A stretch of 49,278 nt of DNA, the filler included, from Jimgerdemannia flammicorona (lineage: Eukaryota): NCBI GenBank assembly GCA_003990765.1. It is 2 parts of 2 records of this genome, joined end to end, with 100 filler letters (N's around TTAATTAATTAA, not from the genome) between each part and the next. Parts side by side here need not be neighbours in the genome. Positions count along the whole stretch, not along the records: positions 24,690 to 49,278 come from RBNJ01000955.1; 1 more part is not named here. One strand, 5' to 3'. A model generated the notes under the pieces. That model searched no databases. It saw only the letters and a list, made by a program, of their open reading frames with translations, and was not told where the DNA came from. The position numbers and the translations under genes were made by a program. Shown piece by piece: positions 37,415 through 49,278 of the stretch. Each line of letters starts with the position of its first letter. Positions within the stretch are counted from its first letter, which is position 1.

Positions 37415-40410
37415 GTCATAATATAGCAGACATATAACTAGATAAATACATCAGATTTCTGTATCTTGAAAACTTAATCTTCTTTGACTCTGCAGAGTCC
37501 TCAGAATATAGGAGTGGGTGAGTTTGAAGTATATTCTAATTTCATTGATCTTATTTCTGTTTCTGATATTTGTTACAAGTTATGACAAATTATCTGATAT
37601 CTTTCTCTATTCCTGGCCACCACATTGTTCTTCTTGCTTTATTGTATATATTTGTTTCTTTTAAATGGCCAAGTTCATATATATACTGATTTTATTGCTT
37701 ACTCCTTCTTGTGTTCAGATATAACTAGTAGCTTTCCTTTCTTTAGTATTTCTCTATCAGTCTTAAATTATTTCTATATTTTATTAATAATCATTTATGT
37801 CTATTCTTCTAAATATTGAGACATCTTTTACTATCTCAGGTAAGTGATAATTCTGTAGTAGAGTTCCTTATTTATAGTTGATTTTCTGACTGAGAGTTCT
37901 TCAGAATGTCCATGAGAGGGTATCTATATTAGTATTAGTTCTTCCAGAGCAGTGCACAATAGTTACATTATAAGCTTACAACTTTATAATCCATCTAGCA
38001 TAGATTCCTTTGGGTTGTCCAGTAGTTAGTAGTTAGGTGAGAGCTGAGTGGTTCATCTGAATAATAAAGTGTCTCTCTGCAAAATAGTAATAGAACTTCT
38101 CTATGGCCCAGATAACTGCAAGATATTCTAACTTGTAGAATTCATACTCTTTTTCAGCTCTCTGAGTTCCTTAGTTTAGATATGTGATAACATACTCTAC
38201 TTTGTCTTTCTTTTAAGCCAGAACTGCTCTTAGTCCTTGTGTACTTACATCTGTCTACAGGATGAATTCTTAAGTTCAATTGGGTCTTCTGAGGATGGAT
38301 GCTTGGGTCAGCCTGATCTTGAGTTTATCAAATGCTTTTTGTTGCCTATCAGTCTATTGAAACTTGAAATCCTACTTATTGACTTTATAGATTGGGCCTG
38401 CAATATTAGAGAATCCTCTGATAAATCTGTAGTAGTATGAGATGAGTTTCATAAAGGCTTGGGCTATAGTGACAGTAGTGGATCTTGGGTATACTACTAC
38501 TATTTGAATCTTGAGTGGGTCTGTGTATATTCTATCTCAGTTAATGATGTGACTAAGATAAGAGATCTTAATTTCTGTAAACTTATACTTCTTGGGCTTA
38601 TATATAGGCCATACTCTCTTAGCTTTTCCATCATCTACTGGATATACTGTAGATATTCTTTAACTATTTTACTATAGATAATAATATTATCCACATAAAC
38701 TATTATCCATCTTCTTATATTATAGTAGAAGATTTTATTCATAATTTGCTAAAAGCTTACTAGTATATTGTATATTCCAAATAGTATTTGCAGATAGACA
38801 TAGATTTTGTCTGGAGTGATGAAGGCTGATTTTTCACTTATTGCTTTAGAGACCAATCTGATAAAATTCTGAGTATAAATCCAAGGTACTATAATACTGT
38901 ACTTTATCTTTCAGAGTTATAAGGATATTACTAATGAGGGGCAGTGGTGGAAAATCCTTCTTTGTAGCCAAGTTGAGCTTCCTGTAATCAGTACAGAGTT
39001 TTGGGGTAAATTTTCCTGATTTATTTCCTTTTTTCAGGATCAATATAACTGATGAAGCCTAAGGACTGCTGGCTTCTTTAATGATACTAGCTTCTTCCAT
39101 CTGCTTGATTTCTTTTCTAAGCTATTTATGATAGACTGGCAGAATTGATCTTGCTTTTTAGTAGATTGTTTTGATATCTCTCATATCTATATTATGATAG
39201 TAATATAGAGTCTTTCTCTTGATATCCTTGAAGTTTGTGGCTAGAACATCCTTAAATTCATAGAGTATCTTCTTGAGTTTCTTCTTGAATGGGAATTTAT
39301 TTCTAATGATATAGCTGTACTTATTTGTAATTTCCTTCTTCTTGTGGTCCAATTTAGTAATCTTGGTACTAATGAATACTCCTCTTCCAGTAGATCCAAA
39401 TTCTTTTCTTTCTCTTTCTAGTTTCTCCAACTTCTTGACTTCTATAAAGAACTAGGAAGATTAACATTTGTACCAGTTAGTCTTTCTTCTTAATTGGAAT
39501 TAAAATTATAGAATTGTAGTTTCTAATAATAAGTAGTATTTCTCCAATATAGTCTAAATTGATGACTCCTCCTTTAATAGTAATCTCACTATTAGCTAGA
39601 CTGCTTCTTGTTTTGAGGATCCCAATATAGTCCTTTGGAATAGTCATTTTCAGATCAGTTGTAAGTAGGGTGGTTGTCTGGGGCTCTAGTATAGTTTTCT
39701 CTACTGTGGTAATATCTATTTCAGCTATATTCTCTGACTTATATTCTGGTAGAACTACATCAGAGTGAATTTTCTAAATCTTAACCTTGATTTCTTCTTC
39801 ATCATTGCTGTTCACTAGGAGGACTAGTGGTTTATCATTCTCTTTTTCCTTCTTTTCTTATCTTGTCTATTTCTCAAGGACCTTCTGTCTTCTTTCATAG
39901 TAGATTTTCTTAATTCCACTGATATACTGATAGCAATCATCAATATGTTTCATATAGTACATCTTGATTCCATGAGGGCAGAATCCTTGTAGTACATATT
40001 CTATAATAATTCTTTTGCACTATTCTTCTTCTTCTTTTTCTGAATAGTCACCATATAGGCTTCTTCTTGTTCACTTTTTTCTTCCTCTATTTTAGGCAGC
40101 AATATTGATAGGAATTCATATCTTCTGACCTCAGTAGATGATCTGTATCTTCTGAACATTAAGGTCAATTATTGCTCTGATTTTATGAAGCCACTGATTG
40201 CTGATGAGAATATCATAGTTAATAGCATTAGTTATGATCACATCTACTAGGATAGTTACTCCTCCAAATTGATGAAAACATCTTAAATCTTTTTTAGAGA
40301 TATAACTCTTATACTATCTGCTGTGATGAATATCAATTTAGTTGCTTCTTCAATCTCCTAACCTAGATAGTCTGCTACTTTCTTACTGAGGAGATATCCT
40401 CCTGCTTCAG

Positions 40411-40461
<51 letters not shown>

Positions 40462-41354
40462 TTTTTTTTTGTTTTTTTGTTTTATGGACTCAGAGTCCTG
40501 TGGATTTTTATTGGAAGAGAACTTAGACTATATAGGCCAAAACCCTCCCCCACTACCCATCAAGCACTGTCCTCTTATTAACCTAGGCTAGCTATTATCT
40601 AGTAGCTTGACCATACCAGGTATAGTAGGGCCAATATTAGCCTATATCTTATTCTGCACACTATGTTCTCCCTATCACCAGGGGGAATCCAGCCATATGT
40701 CAACAACTGAAAGCACATACCTGAGACCCCAATGTATATACAAGGCCACACCCAAGCCAAATAGAATAGTCCCTGCCACTCTAAAGAGAATGACAGGCAA
40801 AGAAAAAACTCTCATCAAAGTACATTATAGTGGGTAGGGCCTAGTTCTCCCAGATGAGATAAGTAGAGGACTTATATATGAGGTAGAAGGAGACCCCCAA
40901 TATTCCACTACTCAAGTTTGTGGGCCTTGATCACATTACCATATTAGCTCCTGGTTCTAGTTGAGTGTAGCCAAGATGCCTGAAATAGATAGCCTCAGGC
41001 CTCCTGACCCCTCCCAACAACTGGGGCCTAACCTGCCAAATTACCAAAAGAAGCTAAGAGTGACACCTACCACCTAATCCTCCATACTAATCAAAAGGCC
41101 CCACTGAAGCAGTATCTGCCCCAGCCCTGATGACCACCCCCAGTCTAGCACTCTACTGGTTTACTATAATTGCCCTTCTATCTATCTATAATAGCCATCT
41201 CTCCTCTCATCCTGACAACACCTGAAAAACAGTCACCTATGTCAGAACCATGCTTGCCAAGAAGCTTGCCAAAGCCAGAGGGTCCCACTATAGATACTGA
41301 GGACCTACAGGTAAGCTATACTGGGCACTTGATGCCTAAGGTCAGCTGACTCTC

Positions 41355-42707
41355 TTTTTTTTTTTTTGGTTTTTCCTCATTTATTAACTATCTATAACAT
41401 GCTACATATCCTCATACAACATCAGTAGCCCCATTCCACCCCAATATTAATCCACCTTCACCCTTACCCAGCCTTACACCTTTAGAGTGTGAGTTGTGAC
41501 CTCACTGTCTGAGTAACTAGATCCTCCTACCCGGCCTGCCCCACTCAATGGGTATGGGTTGTGAGTCCCAACCACCTCAAGTACTTGGCATCTAGTGCAC
41601 CTGACCTACCCCTATTAGTGCCTCCTATCTTGCCCATCTAGCCTGTCTTGCCCATCTTGCCTGCCCGTATTGCCCATATTGCCCATGTTGCCATCTTGCC
41701 ATCTTGCCCATCTTGCCCATCTTGCCCATCTTACCCGCCCATCTTGCCCATCTTGCCCATCTTGCCTGCCCATGTTGCCCGTGTCCCGTGTTGCCCATGT
41801 TGCCCATGTTGCCCATGTTGCCTATTTTGCCTGTTTTGCCTGTCTTATCCATGTCGCCTGTCTTGCCCATCTTGCCCGCCTGTGTTGCCCATGTTGCCCA
41901 TATTGCCATCTTGCCGTCTTGCCCATCTTGCCCATCTTGCCCATCTTGTCCGTCTTGCCCATCTTGTCCGCCTGTGTTGCCCATGATGCCCATGTTGCCT
42001 ATATTGCCCGTGTTGCCTGTATTGCCCGTTTTGCCCGTTTTGCCTATCATGCCTATGTCGCCTGTCTTGCCATCTGCCTGTCTTGCCCATATCACCCATC
42101 TTGCTGTCTTGCCTGTCTTGCCTGTCTTGCCCATCTTGCCCGCCCATGTTGCCCGTGTTGCCCATATTGCCCGTGTTGCCCGTGTTGCCCGTATTGCCTA
42201 TGTTGCCCGTATTGCCTGCCTGTGTTGCCTGTGTTGCCCGTGTTGGTCGCCCATGTTGCCCGTGTTGCCCGTGTTGCCCGTTTTGCCCATTTTGCCCATT
42301 TTGCCCATCTTGCCCATATCACCTGTCTTGCCATCTGCCCATCTTGCCCATGTTGCCCATCTTGCCATCTTGCCATCTTGCTATCTTGCCTGTCTTGCCC
42401 GTCTTGCCTGTCTTGCCCATCTTGCCCGTCTTGCCCATGTCGCCTGTCTTGTCGTCTTGCTGTCTTGCCCGTCTTGCCCGTCTTGCCCGTCTTGCCCGTC
42501 TTGCCCGTCTTGCCTGCCCGTATTGCCCGTATTGCCCGTGTTGCCTGTGTTGCCCCCTGTGTTGTCTGTGTTGCCTGTGTTGCCTGCCCGTGTTGCCCAT
42601 ATTGCCTGTGTTGCCCATTTTGCCCATTTTGCCCATGTCGCCTGTCTTGCCATCTGCCCGTCTTGCCCATGTCGCCCGTCTTGCCATCTTGCCGTCTTGC
42701 CCATCTT
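41355..42707 (-). mobile_element. Nested poly(A) retroposon: 9-bp minisatellite plus about 270 bp unique 3' end
   Basis: Perfect 14-bp TSD GTCAGCTGACTCTC (41341-41354 and 42708-42721), poly(T) with AATAAA on the minus strand; empty site in copy 1. Confidence 0.88.
41625..42707. repeat. 9-bp-unit minisatellite (CCCATCTTG / CCCGTGTTG variants)
   Basis: About 1.1 kb of tandem 8-9 bp units, open in several frames only because the unit lacks stops. Confidence 0.95.
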
Positions 42708-43253
42708 GTCAGCTGACTCTCTATATAATCTGTGATATACTGAGACAATATCTTATTGGTAATGACAAAAGAAAGAAGGTACTACACCAAAATGAGTACA
42801 CTCTAGATATAGCTGAAGGTATCAGAATCTGTGAAAGAGTGGAGAAGACACCAATCTAATACTGATAAAGGGGCAACTCATCACTATTGCCCTCCTTCCA
42901 CTATATCCATATAGGTATAGCAAACCAACCTAAGGTAGAGAGAGTAATAATAGGGGAAAGGAGACTTGGAAGGTTGTCTACCAAACCTTGTGACTAGTAA
43001 GGTAGTGGAGAAAGGAGCATATGCCCGCTCCAGTATCAATAATAGCCTCAAGATTCTATCTTTGATTTGATAAGTTGTATAGACAGATATCTTGCAATTA
43101 TCTTCACTCTCTTCTCCAAAATCTTCTTGAATATTATTGGCCTTAGTTATCTTCCATCCTTGTTCCTTGGTTGTCTTAGTAAGTCTATATCTCATTTGCT
43201 GTCTGAATATGAGTATTTCTGCCAACTGGCCAAAGATTGCATTAACCTTTTAT

Positions 43254-43512
43254 TATAATAGAATGGGTGAATAAATGAACAGATGAGATACAATATATAT
43301 ATAATAAGTAATTACATGACCCAGCAATGATGTCACCATTAATTGAGTATAATATATAATATACAAATGTAATAAATGATATCTAACTTATCTCTAGCAA
43401 CTGATGTCATAGCAATTAGCACCATAGTAACTCTGATCATTGCCTAATAATAGAAGTCCTGATCACAAAGTATTCCTGATCACAAACTATCTGACAAAGG
43501 TTATGATTACTA
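43254..43512 (+). repeat. 5' part of an LTR related to the element 2 LTR
   Basis: T(G>A)TAATAGAATG...CATGACCCAGCAA...CACAAACTATCTGACAAAGGTTATGATTA parallels 34179-34425; interrupted by the LINE. Confidence 0.75.
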
Positions 43513-43517
43513 TCAGC

Positions 43518-46500
43518 AGATAGACAGCTCTTCCTGATATATCTCATATTATATAAATATATATCAACTATTTTTACACCATTCTTTATAAGAATATGTC
43601 CTCAAATTAAGATTCTATGAAGTATACTAGACAGAGTGGCCCCAGTGCATTCGACTGGCAATATAGAGAGCAAATACCTCTTCTTGATATATCTCACATT
43701 ATATAAATATATATTAACCACTTTACACCATTCTTTGGAGAAATGTCTTAAGAACATATCCTCAAATCAGAGTTCTATAGAGTATACTGGGCAGGGTGGC
43801 CCCAGTGCATTTGGCTGGCAATATGTGGGGAGGGGTCAGAGAGCAGATTTGGGGATATCAAGCACTTTGTCAGAAGGAAGGAGAGTTGGTAGCAGTGGAG
43901 AAGGAGGCATGGTGTAGTCAGGAGAGAAGTGGTTGATCTTTGCTGATAAGATTAAGATAGGAGCTTAGGCAATGGGACTGGAGAGATGGCTGGAGCTAGA
44001 AAAGGGGAAGACAGATGCTGGGGGGAAAGGGGGAGCCCCTCTGGGGGGCCAGAGTAGGGGGGCTAGCAGTATAGTGACTGAAGGAGTGACTGCTGATGGG
44101 AGTGTGATGGGTAATCTGGAAAAAAATCTAGATATGACTGCTGATGGTAGACTGAGCTATGGGAAGAACATGAGGCTGAGTGATCTTGCTGATAGTATAA
44201 TGGGCTTAGTGGTGGCCCTGTTACTCAAAAAGTCAATTTTGGAGTTCATGATTACTTTGTGCTTCTAGAGCTTGGTGGTGATAGTGAAAATGATCTTGAG
44301 GCTGATTACTAAGCAGATAAATGACATAGTATCCATAAAGTTTCTGAGAGAACTAGAAGGAGTAAAGGTTGGCTTTGAGGAGACTAGGCCACTGAAGGAT
44401 GCACTGAAGGCTAGATTGACTATTGGAGAGATATATGTCCCAATGATATAGAATCCCAGAGTGGTGTAACTTCTGGTGAAAGAGATACCTATAGTGACTG
44501 TAGTGGAGATAAGGAAGAGAGTTGAGAAAGTCATGGCTGAGTATGAGATAGTAGTCAATATTGGGTTCCAGGTCTGAGAAGGGACCTCTTTCTAGACAGA
44601 AGATGTAAATGTCTAGATTTGGTTGGTAGAGAGAGAGGCTACAGAGAAGGCTCATAATTGGTGATAGTGTAGAGAGCCTTCATGTGTAAGGTGATGAGGG
44701 TGAAGGAGAGTGAGGAGGAGGAAGAGAACTTGTTAGAGGTGCTGGAGGAGCTGAGTAGTACTGTAGAGCAGAGAGTGAAGGCATAAAAGATATATATAGA
44801 GTTGACACATCTGGAAGTTATTGATGGGAGGCATATCTGCATTGATAAGGGGCTATAGAAGAGGTCTCAAGGATGCAAGAGATAGAGAGAGTTGCTTGCA
44901 AATCTAGAGAAGAAGGCAAAGAAGGCTGCTGGTGATATTGAGGATACTGAGAGAGCAAAGGTAAGTATCTGGGCCAGCAGAAGTAGAGGAAATGAGGAGG
45001 TGGATCCAGAGGAGGCCAGGAAGGTGCCAAGCAAGGATCCATATAAAGATGGTATGTTTGAAGTCTGGGAGGACACCCCTCCTCTTATCAGGCAGAGTCC
45101 AGCTATAAGGGGCCAGGTGGCAGAGGATGTACCTATACATAGTGCCCAGCAGGTGCACTTTAGAGTTCCCAAGGTGGCAAAAAGAGGATAGATAGTAGCA
45201 GCTGGTGAAGATGAACTGGTGGATATCCCAGAGAAAAAGTGAGATGAGACTATAAGTATCAGGGCAGATACCTCAATACTGGGAGAAAGAAGACTAGTGA
45301 CTCCAGGTGGGAAGGAGGTGGAGAACCTACAATAGATGTACTGAATGATGAATAACTTGGCAGCTGAGGAGTTGGGGGAAGTAGACCTGAGAGTGCTTAG
45401 TGATAATTATTAGACATGAATCTTATATAGAGATGGAGTGGTGGAGGCTCTGAGAGCAGAGGTGCTTGCAATTTTCTTAGAGAAGGAAGAATATGAGATT
45501 AATAAGGTGAGGGAGGCTGAGCTGGCAGCTGCTGCTGGCAAGTGGGCTACCCTCTAGTGGGCAGAGTGATATGAACTGCAGCTCTGATAAGAGGCCTACC
45601 TGGAGTATTGTGAGGACTTTGAGGAAAAGAAGGATGGGAAGGTAGCTAAACTTCTGGTCAGATTGAAGAAGAAGAGAGTTGAAGAGAAAGAGGTAGCTAT
45701 GGAACACAACTTTGACTTAGTACAGGAGGAGATGAATGTGGAGTTGTAGAGAATATACAGGACTTTTAACATTACTTTCTATAAATAATACAACCAATAT
45801 TTTTTTTTTTTTAATATGAATGGACTGTGGGATTCAGTTAGATGTCAGAACATTTTTACTTGGCTGAAGAGTTTGGAGGCTGATCTTTTTCTTTTACCAG
45901 ATATTAGATGTGAAGATGACTTAGATAGACTGAAATGAATAAAGGAATGAGATGATGTAGTAGTTTGAAAGGATAAGATTGGGATCCTGGTCCAGAGAGA
46001 CAGAGGGGAGATATAAGATACTAGAAGCTGGAGTGAAAGACTGATCTGGGGAGAGTAGATTCAACCAGGTTGGGAGCCAGTTATAGTAAACTCCTACTAC
46101 TGCTCTGCTATATATAGTGAGAGAGTGGATTAGGTGAAGGTACTCCAGGAGAGTAGGGCTCTTATAGAGGCTAGAGTGGACATTCTTGGAGAGAACTTTA
46201 ATATGATCTGGGATATACTGGTGGATAGGACTGATAGAGGGTAGGGGGTTGAGGATAGGAGTGGGGATCTGGAGATATGAGAGGAAGTGGAGAGACTAAG
46301 CACTCTGGTGGATACTAGCAGAGAGTTCTGGGAAGATAGAAGGATATATATATACTGAGCAGATGGTCAGTGGATGAGGATTAACTGGATGCTGATAGCA
46401 GACTGCCAGGATTTAGATGTTTGGAAGTCACTGGAGACTGAGTGGTATCCATGGTCTGATCACTAGGGGCTGTTAGGGTAGGGTCATTTTGGGGGAAGTG

Positions 46501-49278
46501 GGGATAGGTCTAGACATTGGTGCCTCAATTCCTCATTGTTGGCTGAGAAGGTGTTGTGAGATAAGTGGGTAGAGGAAATTCAGCAGAGAATAGAGAGTTG
46601 GGTATAGAAGGGGGCCCCAGCTGGTATCTGATGGGTGAGGTTGAAGGAGGTTGCTAGGGTTTACTGGAGTATAGCTAGAAAGGTAGTAGAAAGGCAGAGG
46701 AGGGGGAGGGTGATCTGGGCTTCTACTAGATTGGCTGGACTGTTGGATGATTGGGTAGAGCTCTTAGCCCTAGAGAGGGTGGAGGATTGGAGGGTAATAA
46801 GGGTGAAGCTAGAGGTTGTAGAGTTATAACAAGTATTGTAAGAGGAGGAGGAGATGCAGGTATAGAGTCTGGCTGCACAGCTATGCTGGCAGGGACTAGA
46901 GGAGAGGGAGAGGCCCTCTAAGTTCCTTTTCAGGATGCTTCAAATAAGGAGAGTGAGGTAGAGATAGGAGAGGGTCCTCAATTCTGATGGTCTGCTGGTG
47001 CATAGTTCATAGGACATTCTGGAGAGTGGTGGAGTAGTTTGTAGAGTAAGGAGGAGGGTGGGGCTGATACTGCCACTATAGAATATGCTCTAGAGAAATG
47101 GTACCCACTATAAGTAGATGGGTTGGACAGCTTAGTAGTGCTAGTACAGGAGGAGAAAATCCACCAGATTCTTGTTATAACTATATCAGACACAGTACTA
47201 GAAGAGGATGGTCTGTCCTGGAACTTTTGGAAGAAGATAGTAGAGATCTCTGAAGTGCTGGGAGAGTTGATAGTACTTTGTGACTTGGTACTATAGTTAG
47301 AGAGGTGAGTGGGTGAGCAGGATCTGGGGCTGGTAGTGCTGCTTTTTAAGGACAAGGGTAGGAGAGAGGACTGGAAGAACTGGTAGCCCATTATGCTTCT
47401 GGATATGGATAGGAAGTTGGTCACTAAGGTGGTGGTAGTGAGACTACAGAAAGTGACCCAATAAGTCTTGAGTGAGGAGCAGTGAGGTTTTGTAGGGGAC
47501 CAGCTCATTAGGGATTATATGGTCTGAGTGTATGTCATTATTGAAGGAGCTCAAGCCTGTGGACTGGATGGGAGATTGATCTTCTTGGATCAGAAGAAAG
47601 CATATGACTGAGTTTAGCAGGTCTGACTAATAAAGGTCCTGAATAGGATTGATATCTCTCAGTAGTTCTGAGTGACAATGATCAGTCTGCTGGAAGAAAG
47701 TAGAGTGGTACTCATGTGTAATGGACATAGAAAGATGGTATTCTCCATGTTCCCCAGGGGGACCCACTGTCTCCTATTTTATATGCTCTGTCTTTAGAGC
47801 TATTGATGGATAGAATTCAGCAGAAGATAGTGGGGCTCTCAGTATTTGATATTGTATAAAAAGTTGGAGCCTTTGTAGATGATATGGTAATTGATCTGGG
47901 GTTAATTGCTGATGTTGAGGAACTCTGAGAAATAGTGAAGCGGTATGAGGCACACTCTGGGGCTAAACTTAACTGATATAAGTATGAGATAATAGTGTTA
48001 GGCAATAGCCTGGTGGGAGGGGATATCATTGGAACAATTGTCCCTACCAGAGAGGCTGTGAGGTACTTAGGCATATATCTCTCAGTATATATATCAGCTC
48101 TATCAAGATCTTGATGAGAGTAGTGAATAGCTATCTGGAGGAAGGCCTTGCAAAGTTGGAGAGGCTGTCACTTGTCTTTGATGGGATATATTATAATTTT
48201 GAATATCTACTGGCTGTTGAAGTTGTGATACTTGGCATATTATCTGGACTTTCTGGCCTAGATGGTAAAGAGGCTATTGAAGTTGGCCAAAGATTGGATC
48301 TGGGCAGAGAGGAGGAGTCAGATTGGCTGGAAAATCTTATCATTGCCAGTTGCTAGAGGAGGTCTTAGACTAGTTGACTTTCTGAAGAGACTGTATTATC
48401 TGAGAGCATGATGGCTGAAGAGAGCAGTGGAACTGAGGAATAGTAGCTGGGTTCTGCTAATAAAGAGGGTCTGGAAGATGAGGTGCTCATCAAAAAGATC
48501 TACTAACAATCTACTGTCCTGGGTTGAGCTTTAAAATAGTAAGAGCATGTGGTATAAGAGCTTCTGGTGGGAAGTAGTTGATAGAACTCACTATATTGGA
48601 ATTTGCTGACAGAGGGAGAAAAGAGAGATATCTTGGGGCCTGATGATGTGGAGATGAGATTGAGTGTTATTGGGAGGCACCCTTCTTATAGACTTTGATA
48701 TTGGTATTGGGGTTGAGTATTAGATAGAGTAGAGATAGAATATATAACCTAGTAGTTGGCAGATGGCAGGTATTGGAGAGAAGTGGGACTGAAATGGGGT
48801 CTGGATCTGGAGTACAGAGATATAGTAATAGTTGCTATCTAAGTACTAGGTAGTCTAGTGGTATATATTACAGAGAAATGTCATACTCAACTTCTGCTCA
48901 GACTATCTAATAGAGGAGGGGACCTTTGACTATAAGGAGTGCTATAATATAGGACAGAAAGAGGAGTTTATACAGATACCTAAATATTGGCTGGGGGAGT
49001 GTGAGGTATTTGGGAACTTTTGGATAGCAGTTGGGAATTAATTGGAGTAGTGAGAAGGGAAGATGGTGAGAGGGGTTAATGGGAGGATTTGAGGGATAGA
49101 TTGGTGGAGAGGGTGGGAAAGGAGTGGCTTACTCTAGGTTGGGTATTGATAGTATGGGTGGGGCTGATAGGTCACTGGTTGTTTGTTTTTAAAGAAAGAA
49201 AGCATTTGAGTCTGAGGGAGTAGTTGTTGAGGTAAAAAGGGTTGGTGGTGGATGTTTTGATGGGCTAGTGGCTTTTTT
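43518..49278 (+). mobile_element. Near-full-length L1/Tx1-type LINE with duplicated 5' end, decayed; runs to the window edge
   Basis: ORF1 about 43757-45750, ORF2 about 45790 onward with endonuclease, RT and a degenerate C-terminal Cys region. Confidence 0.9.
45790..49278 (+). pseudogene. LINE ORF2 (APE endonuclease plus reverse transcriptase)
   Basis: NMNGL...WLKSLEADLFLL, WSDH, KNW*PIMLLDMDRKL, FLDQKKAYD*V, QGDPLSPILY, FVDDMV, VRYLGI. Confidence 0.88.

Larger units (their letters stand above)
40418..43018 (-). mobile_element. 1.19-kb non-coding poly(A) retroposon, copy 2 (split by a nested insertion)
   Basis: Long poly(T); collinear reverse complement of 25321-26509; TSD of about 17 bp (CCTGCTTCAGTATTAAT / CCCGCTCCAGTATCAAT) inside the protease active-site codons. 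Confidence 0.9.
37550..43253 (-). mobile_element. Ty3/Gypsy element 3, copy B (PR, dUTPase, RT, RH, IN zinc finger), interrupted by retroposons
   Basis: Protease IIDTGAG (about 43024-43043), dUTPase ending RKEFGSTG (about 39395-39790), RT KLCTDYRKLN and YVDN, RH FIL*TDVS, IN WPGIEKDIR*FVITC. 39480-40417 and 43024-43253 duplicate 34942-36115. Confidence 0.88.

Noticed and set aside
37415..37587. 173-bp mini-LTR with TGTCATAA...TTATGAC ends (minus)
   Set aside because: The putative start lies within in-frame integrase codons (FVITCNK), so it is more likely coincidence.
41625..42859. Long ORFs (up to 348 aa) resembling collagen-like or Cys-rich proteins
   Set aside because: They are open in many frames on both strands because the 9-bp unit has no stops; no non-repetitive domain supports a gene.

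Overview
A eukaryotic window, probably fungal (short AT-rich GT-AG introns; a Glomeromycotina-like source is an inference). It is almost entirely nested, decayed transposable elements, with no intact host gene. In order: (1) an intron-containing IS630/Tc1/mariner-type transposase pseudogene with an unusually long D-to-E spacing, set among foldback minisatellites and a 3.5-kb palindromic satellite; (2) a Tc1-like MITE abutting a truncated L1/Tx1-type LINE; (3) a complete 9.8-kb Ty3/Gypsy element with dUTPase and an extra 3' ORF; (4) hAT-type MITEs and a Tc1 inverted-duplication hairpin; (5) an artificial contig linker; (6) a chromovirus with dUTPase before the protease and an apparently homologous extra 3' ORF; (7) two copies of a third dUTPase-bearing Ty3/Gypsy family; (8) two full-length copies of a 1.19-kb non-coding poly(A) retroposon, one carrying a nested retroposed minisatellite; (9) a near-full-length L1/Tx1-type LINE. 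All coding regions are heavily damaged by C>T/G>A transitions. Translations and alignments were done by eye, and boundaries are approximate unless a TSD is given.
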